Positions 49,181-63,476 are shown, counted from the stretch's first letter. The stretch is DNA of 64,000 nucleotides from Dimorphilus gyrociliatus (GCA_904063045.1 CAJFCJ010000005.1:3032165-3096164); one strand, 5' to 3'. A program made the numbers and translations. The notes: generated from the letters alone by a model not told the origin.

Positions 49181-51824
49181 CTATTGACTCGGTCCAACTG
49201 AAGTATGCTTACTTTCATTTGTGGTACAACGTAACGTTTCATTTTTTACATAGAATAACGCATACACTTTAGGCAAAAATAGACAAAGTAAGGTGATAAA
49301 TCCGTTCGCAAGTAAACATACTCCTAAAATGACTACTTTATAGTAAATGTAGAACATGGTAAAGTATGTTGGTAACAATACAATCCATAGGAAAATCGTT
49401 GTCGCAACAGAAACAAATATATACCATGACTCGTTAAAATTTTCTGGTAGTTTTCTAGCTAGATAAGCCAATGTTACACATATTAACAATAGCAATACGT
49501 TAAACCCCAGAGGGATCGCTAGAGAAATCGGCGGATTGGAACATGTTAGCTCTACTTTCTGTTCAGTTTCTATACGTTGGATTCTTTCAGACGACGGTTG
49601 CCATAAAATGACACTTGTAATTACGAACACCGCCTCAATCAATATGAGAATAGTGGTCAGAACCATAAGCGATTTGTTACTAATCATTTTAGGTTGTTGT
49701 TTACCTTTTCCTCCAGCAGTGAAGATTCTGTACACTCGTTGAGTTTTCATTAAAAGTGGAGCGTAAATAAAGGATGCTCCTAAATGAAATCCTATTCGAT
49801 TCACTAAACAAGTAGCGTATGATGGCTTTGTAATTAGAAACAAAACGGTCATATATCCAATTGTGCTTCCACATAGAATTATTACAGAGAAATGACTGGA
49901 GGATGCTCGAATTATTTTTTCATTTCTATAAACAGCATATATTGCAACAATAGCACTGTTGCCCAATAGTCCGATTATAGACAAAACTAATAGGAGAAGC
50001 CCAAGAGAATCGCCCCATTTAACATATTCATCATCAATTTGAAAACATGCCAAAGCTTCCTCCGAATCTGAAATATCGACATGTTTATATGATCAAATAA
50101 TAGAAACTGTAAATATGAAAGATTGATTTAAACCTGGCCAGAAGAATTGCGGACATTTTTGACAATCTGTTCGATTATTAACTAGAATTTCATTTTCCCT
50201 ACATTCTTTACATTGCCAACAGCATTTAAGTTTTTGCTGGACGATGATTTGTTTCTTTCGGCAAGGAATGCTACAAACAGAAGTAATGTTTAAATCTTTA
50301 AACATGGTAAGAGTATCTGTAAGTTTAGAGTAGGTTCCGACAGTTTCTCGATTCCAGATATTGTCTTCCCAAGTGAAGCGATTAATTTCGAATAAACCAT
50401 TCATATCACCTTTATCGTCGAATGTGTATTTTACGCCACTCAAACTAGTTATTTGAGTTTTTCTTAAGTAATAAAGTACCTTATCTCCAGTAATGCAATC
50501 ATTCTAAGAGTAAATTGAAAGTTGTACTTATGCCTATTAATTAAAATATTATCCTTATCGACTTAACACTTATATTAATAATTTATGAATGTAATGACTT
50601 TTAATATGTAATTTAAGAAATAAGGAGAATTATATATGTATAAGAAACAACTTTCAATATTGATCTATTCTGAAATGCTTTCGGACATTCTGTAGATATT
50701 AAATTATGTAATGCTTTAGCATAAACATCAATTCCATCGGCTACTTTCCTAAAATTACCCGTAAATAGTGGATTTATATTTGACATGTTGTTATACTTTC
50801 TACAAGTTGTATTAAAGTCACAATTTCCCAATTGTTCCCATAATCTTTTTGTCCAATATAATGTCGGATCATTAGGTGTTAATGATTCAAAGTACTTTTC
50901 AAACTCAATATCTTTACCGTCTGGATAAGTAAATGTTAGAGTTCCATGTTGGATGTGTTCGTAGCCATTCTCTCGACTAAAAGCATCACTTGCTATAAAT
51001 ATGAATTGTTCATTTGGTGCCAATTTATTTAGAGTAGAGTATAGTCGAAATCTCATTCGAAGTACAATAAAGATAACGATAACTCTTGCCTTTTTATGAT
51101 GAATTATATTTCGAACAATTTCATCATAATTATCTGTATAATCTTGACTAAATCTTTTTGAATATCCAATACAAATTCCATTCTTTTTGGTATATTTTTC
51201 CATGTATTTTGCGGCATTTTCACCGAATGAACCTTCAGTATATAACAATTGAATATACGTCCATCCAAAGTGTTTTAAAAGCTTTACCATGCCTTCTGTT
51301 ACAAAGGTGTCAGGTGGAACTAGACGAGAGAAATATTCAAATCGTGCTTTATTTGATAGCTCTACATATGTCGAATAAATTCCGAGAGTTGGTAAATGAA
51401 TTGCGGATGTTACACTAGCTAAGGAAATAGCTTGATCGGATGAATAAGGACCAATAATACCGATAACTTTACTTTTTCTCCTTCCTTCAGTTTCATTAAT
51501 AAATTCCAGAGATCTCCAAGTATAGTCGTTTATTTTTCCACAAGTATCTAAGAAAAGGAAACCAAGCGTAATATTTGGTAGAATATTTGCGTTTTCATTA
51601 TAAATTTTTATTCTATGTCTTATCAATTCTGGAACCAAGTCCAGTTTGGAACCACCGCCTTCATGGCAATTTCTTTTTTCAGTAACATCCGTTTGAAATA
51701 TTATGCCAATTGTTAAATCACCACTTTGATTTAAGGTATTCTTATAACTCAAATCATATTGCTGTAGAGGATAGAAAGATTGTGAAAACTTCAACGTTAG
51801 TAAAAGAATATAAGAAAGTAACAT
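49181..51824 (-). CDS. Metabotropic glutamate receptor-like class C GPCR, paralog A (VFT-CRD-7TM; three exons)
   Basis: Exons 51824-50652, 50503-50134 and 50067-49181. ILPNITLG, GIIGPYSS, RFEYFSRLVPPD, CRD (CCWQCKECRENE...CQKCPQFFWP), 7TM with LARKLPENFNES and LFLPKVY. Confidence 0.92.
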
Positions 51825-53949
51825 ATCCTTCGATTGATAAGGGAAGTTCATGTATAAGAGCTCCCTTTTTTGTGATTTGTCCACTAGCACACCTATATGT
51901 ATACTGCATTTGTAATTATAATAATTCTTCAACATAACATATGTCCATAACAATGTTGCTCACAAAAAGAAGAATGCTTTAGTTCAAATTACAATTTCTT
52001 GACAAAAAGATGAATTATATTATTCTATTCCTCATTAGTCCAATAGATAAAGAGTATCATCGTTAGTTACAATGACATATTTTCCCTTTAAAATTATTCT
52101 ATTGAAGATCAGCATTGAACTTCCTCGGTGTAGCATTTTTCTTCTTCAGCATTCAATAACAAATACGAGACAGCTTTACAATTTGAAAAATCATAGATAT
52201 CGCCTTTGATATTTTACCTATTATAAGCAAATACTTAGTTCTATTTCACAAGTACGATAAAGAATCCCTGTTCTTTACCGCACATTATTAATATTATTAC
52301 TAATTAACCCTTAATTATGGTCATGAATATAAATTGCCTACAAGTGTTACAATTAGATCATATTATTAATAAACAAAAAAATATAATTATTATATTTGTA
52401 TTAGCTAAACTTCAAACAAATTTCTTTAATAAGCAAACTATATGAAAAATTATAACGTTTTAGTTAAATTCGTCAAACAACTATAAATATTATACATTTA
52501 ATAGAATATTTAGTGTTAACTACACGTACAGTGTATGTGTACTTACAGACAAATCTCTAAACTAATATATTTCATTTCTTTTGACAACAAAACACTTCTT
52601 TAATATTTATTATACATTTTCCAAAATTCACAACATAGATGTACATTTCAATAAATGATCTTCAATATTTACTGATCTTTGCTAATAGAACTAAGTTTCT
52701 CGGTTTGCGTGGGATATATAGTGCTTCTTTTCATTAAAATACTAGTACCTGTAATATCATCTTCGTGCACTAAAAATAACGCATATACTTTAGGCAAAAA
52801 TAGACAAAGTAAGGTGATAAATCCGTTCGCAAGTAAACATACTCCTAAAATGACTACTTTATAGTAAATGTAGAACATGGTAAAGTATGTTGGTAACAAT
52901 ACAATCCATAGGAAAATCGTTGTCGCAACAGAAACAAATATGTACCATGACTCGTTAAAATTTTCTGGTAGTTTTCTAGCTAGATAAGCCAATGTTACAC
53001 ATATTAACAATAGCAATACGTTAAACCCCAGAGGGACCGCTAGAGAAATCGGCGGATTGGAACATGTTAGCTCTACTTTCTGTTCAGTTTCTATACGTTG
53101 GATTCTTTCAGACGACGGTTGCCATAAAATGACACTTGTAATTACGAACACCGCCTCAATCAATATGAGAATAGTGGTCAGAACCATAAGCGATTTGTTA
53201 CTAATCATTTTAGGTTGTTGTTTACCTTTTCCTCCAGCAGTGAAGATTCTGTACACTCGTTGAGTTTTCATTAAAAGTGGAGCGTAAATAAAGGATGCTC
53301 CTAAATGAAATCCTATTCGATTCACTAAACAAGTAGCGTATGATGGCTTTGTAATTAGAAACAAAACGGTCATATATCCAATTGTGCTTCCACATAGAAT
53401 TATTACAGAGAAATGACTGGAGGATGCTCGAATTATTTTTTCATTTCTATAAACAGCATATATTGCAACAATAGCACTGTTGCCCAATAGTCCGATTATA
53501 GACAAAACTAATAGGAGAAGCCCAAGAGAATCGCCCCATTTAACATATTCATCATCAATTTGAAAACATGCCAAAGCTTCCTCCGAATCTGAAATATCGA
53601 CATGTTTATATGATCAAATAATAGAAACTGTAAATATGAAAGATTGATTTAAACCTGGCCAGAAGAATTGCGGACATTTTTGACAATCTGTTCGATTATT
53701 AACTAGAATTTCATTTTCTCTACATTCTTTACATTGCCAACAGCATTTAAGTTTTTGCTGTACGATGATTTGTTTCTTTCGGCAAGGAATGCTACAAACA
53801 GAAGTAATGTTTAAATCTTTAAACATGGTAAGAGTATCTGTAAGTTTAGAGTAGGTTCCGACAGTTTCTCGATTCCAGATATTGTCTTCCCAAGTGAAGC
53901 GATTAATTTCGAATAAACCATTCATATCACCTTTATCGTCGAATGTGTA
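49254..53949. repeat. Direct near-identical duplicated block (49254-50428 and 52775-53949; 1175 bp, offset 3521)
   Basis: Manual comparison found five substitutions and no indels across the CRD/7TM coding region and the shared 66-nt intron. Confidence 0.92.
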
Positions 53950-55284
53950 GCGAACACCGCTAAGAGCGGTTATCTGAGACTTTCTGATATGTCGTAATAG
54001 TCTGTTGCCTGTTATACAAGTCTAATTGTTTTAAAGGTTGTAATAAGAATGTTAGGAATACTCTAATGACATTTTAGAAAACAGAGTTTTATAGATTGAT
54101 TTGACAACCTTTAAAACAGATTTATCCTTAAACGCCTCGGGGCATTCAGTAGTTATTAAAGTATTTAATGCTGTAGCATAAACGTCTATACCATCAGCAA
54201 TTTTTAACATAATTCCTTCATAATTCGGTCGTAGAATTGACATATTATGATAGTTTTGACATGTTGTTTCGTATTGGCAATTGCCATATGTTTCCCATGC
54301 AGTTTTTGTCCAGTAGTTAGCCGTATCGGAAGGTTTAAGTGAATCAAAATGTTTTTCAAACTGTTCATCTCTGCCAGCAGAATAAACAAACATCAAACTT
54401 CCATGTTGTAAATGTTCATTACCAAAATTTCGACTGTACGCATCAGCGGCAATAAAAATAAACCTTTCGTTTGGAGAAATTTCATTCATTGTCGTAAAGA
54501 GTTTTGTTCTGATTTTTGAATTGAGAAATAGAACAATTATTTTAGCCTTTTTTGTTTCAATCATTCTTTTTACAACATTTTCGTAATTATCTGTAAAATC
54601 ATGATTGAAACGTTTAGAGTATCCAATACAAATATCGTGTTTTTTAGTATATTTTTGAATATTTTTAGCCGCATTTTCTCCGTAAGATCCCTCCATGTAG
54701 AGCAATTGAATATATGTCCAGTGAAAAGTTTTCATAACTTCCACCATTGCCTCTGTGGCAAAAGCGTCGGATGGAACAAGCCGAGAAAAATATTTGAATC
54801 GAGCTTTATTAGAAAGTTCTACAGATGTTGAATAAATTCCGAGAGTTGGTATTTGAAGAATCGATGTAAGGCCAGCTAGAGAAATAGCTTGATCAGATGA
54901 ATAAGGACCAATAATACCAACAACATTTGATTTAAATTTTCCGTTATCATGCTTCACTAATTCCAAAAATCTCCATGCATAAGTATTTACACCGCCACAC
55001 GTATCAAGATAAATAAAACCCAGTGTTATATTAGGCAATATCTCGTTATTTTCATTAAATCTCTTCAATCGGTAAGTTAACATCTCCGGAATGAACATAC
55101 CTTTTTGATAAAGTCTACCAGTACAGGGAACTTCATCATAGATGTAAGTTTCGTAAAGTATTCCCAAGTTTATATCGCCGTCAATTGATAAATTTGTTTT
55201 TTGAGACGATGGAAAATTCGGCAAATTCAATGACAAACCTGATATCATTCTTATCACAAAAATATTAACAAAAAACGTTTCCAT
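52669..55284 (-). CDS. Metabotropic glutamate receptor-like class C GPCR, paralog B (VFT-CRD-7TM; three exons)
   Basis: Exons 55284-54109, 54021-53655 and 53588-52669. Same motifs as paralog A; begins METFFVNIFVIRMISG. Confidence 0.92.
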
Positions 55285-56152
55285 TATATTCTTATCTCAA
55301 ACAAGTAAAACATGTATCGTGTATCTTATAAATAGAAAGAAATACTGTTTCTACGTAAAGTTCCGGTTTTATTAAAGCGATACGTTTTAATGCGCTGTAG
55401 TACGTTGCAGATTGAAATGTCCACCTACATTAATTATCAACGTTTGTCTTCTAACTGTCTCAGGTTTGATTTGATATGTCAAAGACAGGAGGAATATTTT
55501 TGCATAAATTTTTTCTGAAAGGTCAGAAAGGCGTTGAATTTCTAATTGTAAACTCTTATCATTATAATAATCTGTTTCCTATTTTGGAAATTTCTTACTA
55601 TTCTCTTCGACATGATAGTCCATTAATTATGGCGTTTGGCTATTGACGGTTAGCAATGAGGCCAATCATATGTTTAATGTCTAGATTTTAGTCAGCACTT
55701 AAGATTTCGAAAATTATACAGTTGATGTTTTAATTATATAAAAATTAGTTTGATTCAGAATGTTGGCTGGAGCAAAATTTTACAGTTTGGTAAAGTTTCT
55801 TTTTTTTGTGATATCGCTATGATCACAATGAAAATTCGAATTAACTACTAAACAAGCGCTATTAAATATGATTTAAAAACATTAGCGAAAGCTTCTTTTA
55901 CTTTCTTTATTAGTCATTTTTATAGCAACATTTTGTAAACAACTACACCAAATATAAATTTAAAAACAAAATTTGTTGATCGGAAATGTTCAAGTATTCA
56001 AATTCTTTCCGACTCAAGAATTCAAATTGTTTATACGTGGCGAACCATCATCTGTGGTAAACATTCCCCATTTACGTCATATTACAGCATTCTTCTCTCC
56101 ATGCCTATTCTGAACCATTCTCGTCTCTTACCGCGTAAAATTCGGGAGAATT

Positions 56153-59100
56153 TTAATATTGCGACAATTGACCTTGTTGAGATAGACTTTGATAAAAGGC
56201 CCTATCACCCTGATAAGTTGAATCCTGGGATAGGAGCATATCACCTTGTGATCTATATTCTTCTTGTTGAGAGAAATCTCCTTGGCTCATTCCTCCTCCA
56301 GTCATATTCATTTGCCCAGTTTGGGAGAAAGGTTGACTGAATGGCTGGGATATTGGCTGAGTCATAGGTCCTTGGGAAAATGATGAAGATTGAGAAGATA
56401 CGTTATTAGAAGCCTGTGGGGGATAACGACGTTGCTGCTGTTGCTGAGCTCTTTGCATGTGCATAAAAGGCGGAGGATAGTTGGTGTAGTTCGGTGGCAT
56501 CATCAGTGGAACAGGCATATTAAATGCAGCTGATGCGTATGCTTTGTTCTGTTGAATGTATCCTAATTGATCATGATGAAGATCAGTGTGAGGTGGATGT
56601 TGATGTTGCATATTGTAACCCTTTTGCTTGCTAAGCTGCCTGGCGTCGTATGTAGTTGTTTGCATAAAATGAGCTCCTGGATTAAATTGATTTTCAAGTT
56701 TTTTAGGAGGTGCCAGCTGCATGACACTCTCCTTTAAGTTGTTCAGGGGTCCTTCAACTAGAACGTGCTCATCTTTATAAAATGATAGTAAATTATTCCA
56801 TAAACTATGTTTTGATAGCACTTTTGGATTTCCAACAATAACTATTCCATATTTTGCTCTAGTTAAAGCAACATTTAGCCGTCTGGGATCGTTTAAAAAT
56901 CCTATTCCTTGATGCTCATTTGCACGAACACAAGATAATATAATGAAGTCTTTTTCGCGTCCTTGGAAAGCGTCAACACTAGCCACTTCCATTTCCAAAT
57001 AAAGCTTGCTGTTCAGTGAACCAGCATATTGCATATGTTGCACTATATATGCTCTCTGTCCTTCGTACGGTGTAATGACGCCAATCTGATCTGGTCTAAC
57101 TCCCGCCTTTAAAAGACGTGTTGCTACTTTTTCGACATTAGCAGCTTCTGTTCTGTTCAAAAACGAAGTACCGGAAGCTGATATTTCTTCCTGACCAAGA
57201 GTTACCCAAAACATTCTCGGTTTATCGGGTTGTGGCCAGGGCATATCAGCACCCGTTGCAGGTAGAGTTCTATCAGCTGCTGTTACGCCATTTTGAAGAG
57301 TTCCCTCGTAAAAAATATTTGATGGGAAAGCTGAAAGCGATGGATGCATTCTATATTGAACTTGCAGCCGAATTGGGCGTAGTCCTAGAACGACTAAGCG
57401 CTCAAACAGACTCTGAGACAAACCCGCTTTCGCTGCAGGTTTGCACATTACAACAGGTCCTAACTGACAATGATCTCCAACAAGAACCAATTGTCTACAA
57501 CCAAGGACAACAGGTATCATGCACTCAGGTTCTGTCGCTTGAGTGCTTTCGTCAACTAGAACATATTTAAAAGTCATTCGTGCTAATCTTGGATCACCAG
57601 CGCCAACGCATGTGCAGCATATAACATCAGCGGCATGCAAGAGCTCGCGTTCAGTAGATTTTTTAAGAGCTCTATATCGCTTTTCATCAGCTGATGACAG
57701 CTCTCCAGTTTCGTCCTTAAGTTGTTGTAACTTTTTCAAATCTAGGGGCGCGGATGCAGCATTTCGTACCTGATTATGCAAGGCTAAAAAGGATACAGGT
57801 GAATCAAGAGCCTCTCGACTTTTTGCGCATAATCTAACAACTTTTAGTCCAGTTTTATGAATTTTTTCAGTTAGCTGATCAACAGCAATATTCGAGGGAG
57901 CACATACCATAACTTGTCCACTCTGTTTAGCCATATGATAAACAATAGTGGCTGATGTTACAGTTTTTCCTGTACCTGGTGGCCCTTGAATCAACGATAG
58001 TGGTCTCTGCAACACTTGCTTTACAGCAAAAACTTGAGAGTGATTTAACTCAGGTAGACCCGGAGCAGAAAAACGCTTTGGTAGTGTATTTTTCAACAAA
58101 GCCTCTTCTACTTCATGACCGAGTATTCTATGATAAATGTAAGCAGAGACTGAAGTTTCGTCTACAGCTAGTGTTTTCATAGCAGCTTGCATTCGGTCAA
58201 ATGAGGTCGATTTCCATACAACGTCAACAGTATAATCACGAGTAAACTCAATAGGCACTGCTGCGTTTGTTTTCATTTCTATGCCAACTTCATCTCCATA
58301 ATTATCAGGTACTTTAATAACATGGCCAACTCCAGACCACATTTTATGGCCTTCGCCAACATAACGAAGTCGCAACTCGTCGCCTTGCATTATACGAATA
58401 TCATCAGAATTTGTTAAACGAAAGTAGGCAATTCTTCTCTTGTTTAATCCCTGATCCCATCGAACATTAATATTATTTTGAGTTTGTGATTCTTTTACGC
58501 TTCTATCATAATCAGCTTCTTTTTTCACAAGAGGTCCTAGAATATTTTGGTACTGATACGCATCGTCATAACGTAACATAACTGGAGTTGGTTCGTCAGC
58601 CATTCCAGGAGCATCAATATCTTCTAATTTTGCAGATGGTTGTTCTTTCCAAAGTTCTTCTAATCTAGCTATTTGATTCGATGTTATCCTGCGAGCTCTA
58701 TTCTGCTCATTTTCACTTGGAACTTTAACAAGCCAGGCTAGTAATTGATAATCCTGAACGAGTGGTTGCCACTGAGACGAATCCCATGAAACATCTTTCA
58801 GTGTGGCATTAGTTGCACAAGGTGCTCTGCAAAGTAGAACAACAACACTGTCGGCTTTTGCCGGAATAAATCCCAGTAAAAATATGTTTTTGCAACCACA
58901 ATTGTAACATTCCATTACAGTTTCTCCAAGAGGTCCTTCGGAGTGTAGCATTACTTCTTTGGTTTTCGCTCTAACCAAATGCTGTATGATATGACTTCCA
59001 GATGAGCATCCGCGTCCGTTACAGAACCATTTCTTTGAGGATATACATTTAACAACGCAAGCAGGGTCATGGATTCCACAATAGGCACAGGCATGTTCAG

Positions 59101-59462
59101 GGAGATCCCTGTTATACGTTCCCTCTTCATCATCTCCTTCTTCAAAAGTCAACTCAGCTACTCCCGATGCTAATGTCGCTAAACCATCATTAACACCATT
59201 GGTCTATTGAATAATACCATTATATTAAATTTTAAAATATATTTAAAATACAATCGGTTATCAATAAAAAAATTCACCCTACCAAATTGTTTTGGGATTG
59301 TATGACATCGTCAAACGGTTGAGTCTGGGTTTGAGTTTGAGTTATACCCGTAAAGTCCTCAAATTGAGATTGTTGCGTGTTTTCAAGCAAGTAATCATTG
59401 CCAGATTCATCTGGGTCATGGAACACGAGGCTTTGCGTATTGGATTGAAAGGTGTCGGTCAT
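56153..59462 (-). CDS. UPF1: Regulator of nonsense transcripts 1 (UPF1 RNA helicase); two exons
   Basis: Exon 1 59462-59283 and exon 2 59203-56153 (79-nt intron). CH domain ([20 protein letters not shown]), SF1 motifs ([28 protein letters not shown]), SQ-rich C-terminus ending LSQY. Confidence 0.98.
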
Positions 59463-59739
59463 TTCGGGCTAGAATAGTGTTCTTCAGTTCTAGGAGAAAT
59501 AGTTCTCTATAATAAGTAGCTTCGTCGCAAAATTAATGTACAAACTATCTAAATTCCGTAAATATTAACGAAATTATTCTCCGAAAACCACAGTGAAACT
59601 AGCTCGTATTACATCAGATTTCAAAATGAGAAAAATGAAAGAGAAACAGGGAACCATGCTATTTCTTAAAAAATGTATGTTTTAGATGACGCTGAACCTT
59701 AACTGGTAAAGTGTAAAGGATAAGACTCTTCGAAAGTTG
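59463..59739. promoter_or_regulatory. Probable bidirectional promoter between UPF1 and MRPS17
   Basis: Head-to-head start codons separated by only 277 nt. Confidence 0.6.
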
Positions 59740-60210
59740 ATGGCATCTGCTTCAGGATTAGCTGCCTTTGTTGGCAAAGTCGGCAAAAGAAGAGACATAT
59801 GGAAGGCAGTTCAAATTTCAGTCACTAAAATGACTTTCAATGACTACCTCAAAATGGTAAGTGTAACCGTACATGTGAGCGACAATAACCGGTTGAAAAT
59901 TAAAAACGTGTTTCAATAACAGTATTTCAACAAGCCTGAAACATACTGGGCTGCAGATCCAGATAAAAAAGTTAAAGAAGGAGATATAGTACTTATTAGA
60001 GAGTTGGAGGAACCACAGTCAGACGTTGTTCAACATTATGTTCATGACATTGTCTTCGAATCGGGAAATATCATCGATCCTATAACTGGGAGGAAATGCA
60101 GAGGGACAAAATTTGTTGATGAGAGATTTAGAAATTTTCCAAAATTTGAATTAAAAAATACTTTTGCAGAGGAGGAAATATCACCAATTCCTCCTTATGT
60201 CAAAAAATAG
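59740..60210 (+). CDS. MRPS17: Mitochondrial ribosomal protein S17 (uS17m); two exons
   Basis: Exons 59740-59856 and 59923-60210 give ...NDYLKM|YFNKPETYWAADPDKKVKEGDIVLIRE...GNIIDPITGRKC, which matches the uS17m pattern. Confidence 0.85.
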
Positions 60211-60545
60211 TTAATACATTGTAAATATTAGTTTTAAATGCAAAGATTTTTACTGCAATTGTAATTTAATTTGTCTTTTAAGTTTTCTGCAGCAATAAAT
60301 TAGTTTTTTGTTACTTAATGCCGTTAAATATCACTTTGATTGTTTTTTATTTTATAATAACAAAAAAGTTTATTATACTTTTCGAAAAAAATGACATAAG
60401 GAAAGGCTTTTAAGTGATCTCAGAGTATTTTATTCTGAGATTAAATTAATCTTCATTATTTCCAATAAATAGAAATCAGATTATAGATTGATAATAACTC
60501 TATGGATACTGTATTCTAATAGGAGTGGTATTCTGCTTTAATAAA

Positions 60546-63476
60546 ATGGCGACAATCTTGAAGGTTTTTGAACTAGGCCGGCAATCAAAATGCATAAGGT
60601 ATGTCACTTTTCACTTTGTACATATCGCGAGTGGAAAATGAAAATGCTAAAGATTTAAATAAGCTTCTACTGCATAAATTACATATTTGGAGAAGAAAAT
60701 ATAATCGTGAGCGATAATATATAACTATGTTATCTATGAATAGAACTGAATTTATTTAAATCACTTCTAATAGTAACGTCTTCGACAGATTGCAATCCTT
60801 AGGAAATATTCATATGAGATACTGTAGTAAAAGTAAGATTAAATAATACATTGATTTGGTTTTAGCAATGTAGTATTTGTTATATTATGTTCAGGTTATC
60901 AGAATATCTCTACGCTGTTAATTGCAAATAGAGGAGAGATAGCATGCCGGGTAATGAGAACTGCAAAAAAAATGGGTATAAAAACTGTGGCCCTGTTTAG
61001 TGAACCCGATCGAAACTCAATGCATGTGGCAATGGTAAATATTCAAAATACCCATATTTACTATTATCGTACACAGTGTAGTTTTTAGGCAGATGAAGCT
61101 TATCACATTGGGCCAGCAGCCTCGCAAGAAAGCTATTTAAGACAAGATAAAATAATCAATATAGCCAAAAAAACAGGAGCTCAAGTGAGATTTGAAAAGT
61201 CTTTTTTAATATTTTGGTGTTAAATAATTTTGGATTTTCTCTTTCATTAGGCAATTCATCCAGGTTATGGATTTTTGTCGGAAAATTATGAATTTGCTGA
61301 TTTATGTAAATCAGAAGGTATCACTTTTATTGGACCTCCATCTTCCGCCATTAAAGATATGGGAATCAAGAGGTTTGAAATGTCTTTTACTGAAATACAT
61401 AATCTTCTTATTAATTAAGAATGTTTTGATTTATAGTACATCGAAACATATTATGTCGGCTGCTGGTGTACCAATTATAGAAGGTTATCATGGCGAAGAT
61501 CAAAGTGACCAAAGGCTTAGAGAAGAAGCAGAAAGAATAGGCTTTCCTATAATGATAAAAGCGGTTAGAGGTGGAGGTGGAAAGGTAATAGAAATTTGTA
61601 CTTTGTTTTATATATAATATCTTAGTAATGTTATTTTACAAAAGGGTATGAGAATTTCTAATACTGCTGAAGAATTTCAAGAACAATTAGACTCTGCTAG
61701 AAGCGAAGCTATGAAATCTTTTGGTGATGACGTTATGCTAGTAGAAAAGTTTGTTAATACACCAAGACACGTCGAAGTACAAATATTCGGTGATCATCAT
61801 GGAAATTATGTTTACCTATTCGAAAGAGATTGTAGTGTACAGCGTCGGCATCAGAAGGTGATTGAAGAAGCACCTGCTCCAGGTTTAACGTCCGAAACTC
61901 GACAGGCTATTGGCGAAGCCGCTATCCGAGCTGCTAGAGCAGTTAACTATGTTGGTGCTGGCACTGTTGAATTTATTATGGATGAAGAACAAAATTTTTA
62001 TTTTATGGAAATGAACACAAGACTTCAAGTTGAACATCCTGTTAGCGAAATGATTACAGATACCGACTTGGTAGAGTGGCAAATTAAAGTGGCTAGTGGT
62101 CAAGTGCTACCGAAAAAACAGTCTGATCTAAAGATAAATGGACATTCCTTTGAGGCTAGAATCTATGCAGAAGATCCGGATAACAATTTTATGCCTGGAG
62201 CAGGTCCTCTTCACTTTTTGGAAACACCCAAACCCGATGAGTTTACACGTGTGGAAACAGGTGTTAGACAAAATGACGAAGTGTCTGTACATTACGATCC
62301 AATGATTGCCAAACTTGTTGTATGGTCTCATGATAGAAAAAGTGCCTTGAGTAAATTAATATATTCCCTAAGACAATATAAGGTAATTGTTAAAAATTAT
62401 ATCTGCAATCTAATTTATAAATATTTCTTTATCTATATACATTTAACACACTTTATTTCAGATTGTTGGATTAGCAAACAACATTTCCTTCCTGGATAAT
62501 TTAGCTAGTCATCCAGAATTCCAAAATGCAAACGTCCATACAGGTGTTTAAAACGTTTATTATAATACACTGTAATAAATTAATATGTTGAATTTTTCCT
62601 TCTCTTGTCAGGATTTATTCCTCAATATTACGACAATCTATTTGTGAAAAAATCAGTCGATCCTAGCGTTATTTGCCAATCAGCTTTAGCATTGTTATTG
62701 AAAAGAATGAATGATGTTAAAAAAAGAGGTATTTTTTAAATGGTCAATAAAGATGCGTGATGAATAAACTATTTATTATTTTAGATGCTTTTACACCGTT
62801 TTCGGATTCTACTTTGAGAAGGGTAAATCACGATTTACGCAGAAAAGTTCTATTGAAGAAAGATGGTGCAGGTAGATTACTATTATTATAACTTTTTTAA
62901 AAGAGTAAAATATCTCTACTTTATTGTAGATTATGAAATATGTATTGTTCCAAGTGCTAAATCAAATGTGTATCAAGTGGAATACGAAAATTCGTCATTT
63001 GAAGTTGAAGTACTACCAGTTATTTCAAATGAAAATCGTTTGGATTTAAATTTTAACATTGATGGAGTGAAGTCAAAGGCAACAGCTGTCTTTTCACAAA
63101 ATACTATTAACTTATTTTCTCAAAATGGGTCCTTTGTATTTGATGTACCATTACCAAACTATACCAAGGGCTCATCTGCTGCTGGAGCTAGTTCCGATTC
63201 TGCTATAGCTCCAATGCCTGGAGTTGTTGACAAAGTACACGTTACCGAGGGTCAAGAAGTAAAAGAAGGTAAAGTATATTTCAACAATCTTTGTACCCGT
63301 TTTGCTATTGCAATTTAAACTTTGTTGTCAAAATAGGAGATAGGCTGTTGGTCATGATAGCTATGAAAATGGAATATGTTATTAAGAGCCCTAAAGATGG
63401 AGTGATTAAAAAAATATTCCATAAAAGCGGAGATACAACCAGTAAAGGAACCGTTCTTGTAACTTTTGAAAATTGA
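60546..63476 (+). CDS. MCCC1: Methylcrotonoyl-CoA carboxylase alpha (biotin-containing) subunit; multi-exon
   Basis: [88 protein letters not shown], and the biotinylation motif IAMKMEY near the C-terminus. Confidence 0.93.

Noticed and set aside
49536-53263. Identical 68-aa plus-strand ORFs at 49536 and 53057
   Set aside because: Antisense by-products of the duplicated 7TM block, not separate genes.
57232-58182. Plus-strand ORFs antisense to UPF1, and 56101-56340
   Set aside because: Antisense shadows of the UPF1 exon.
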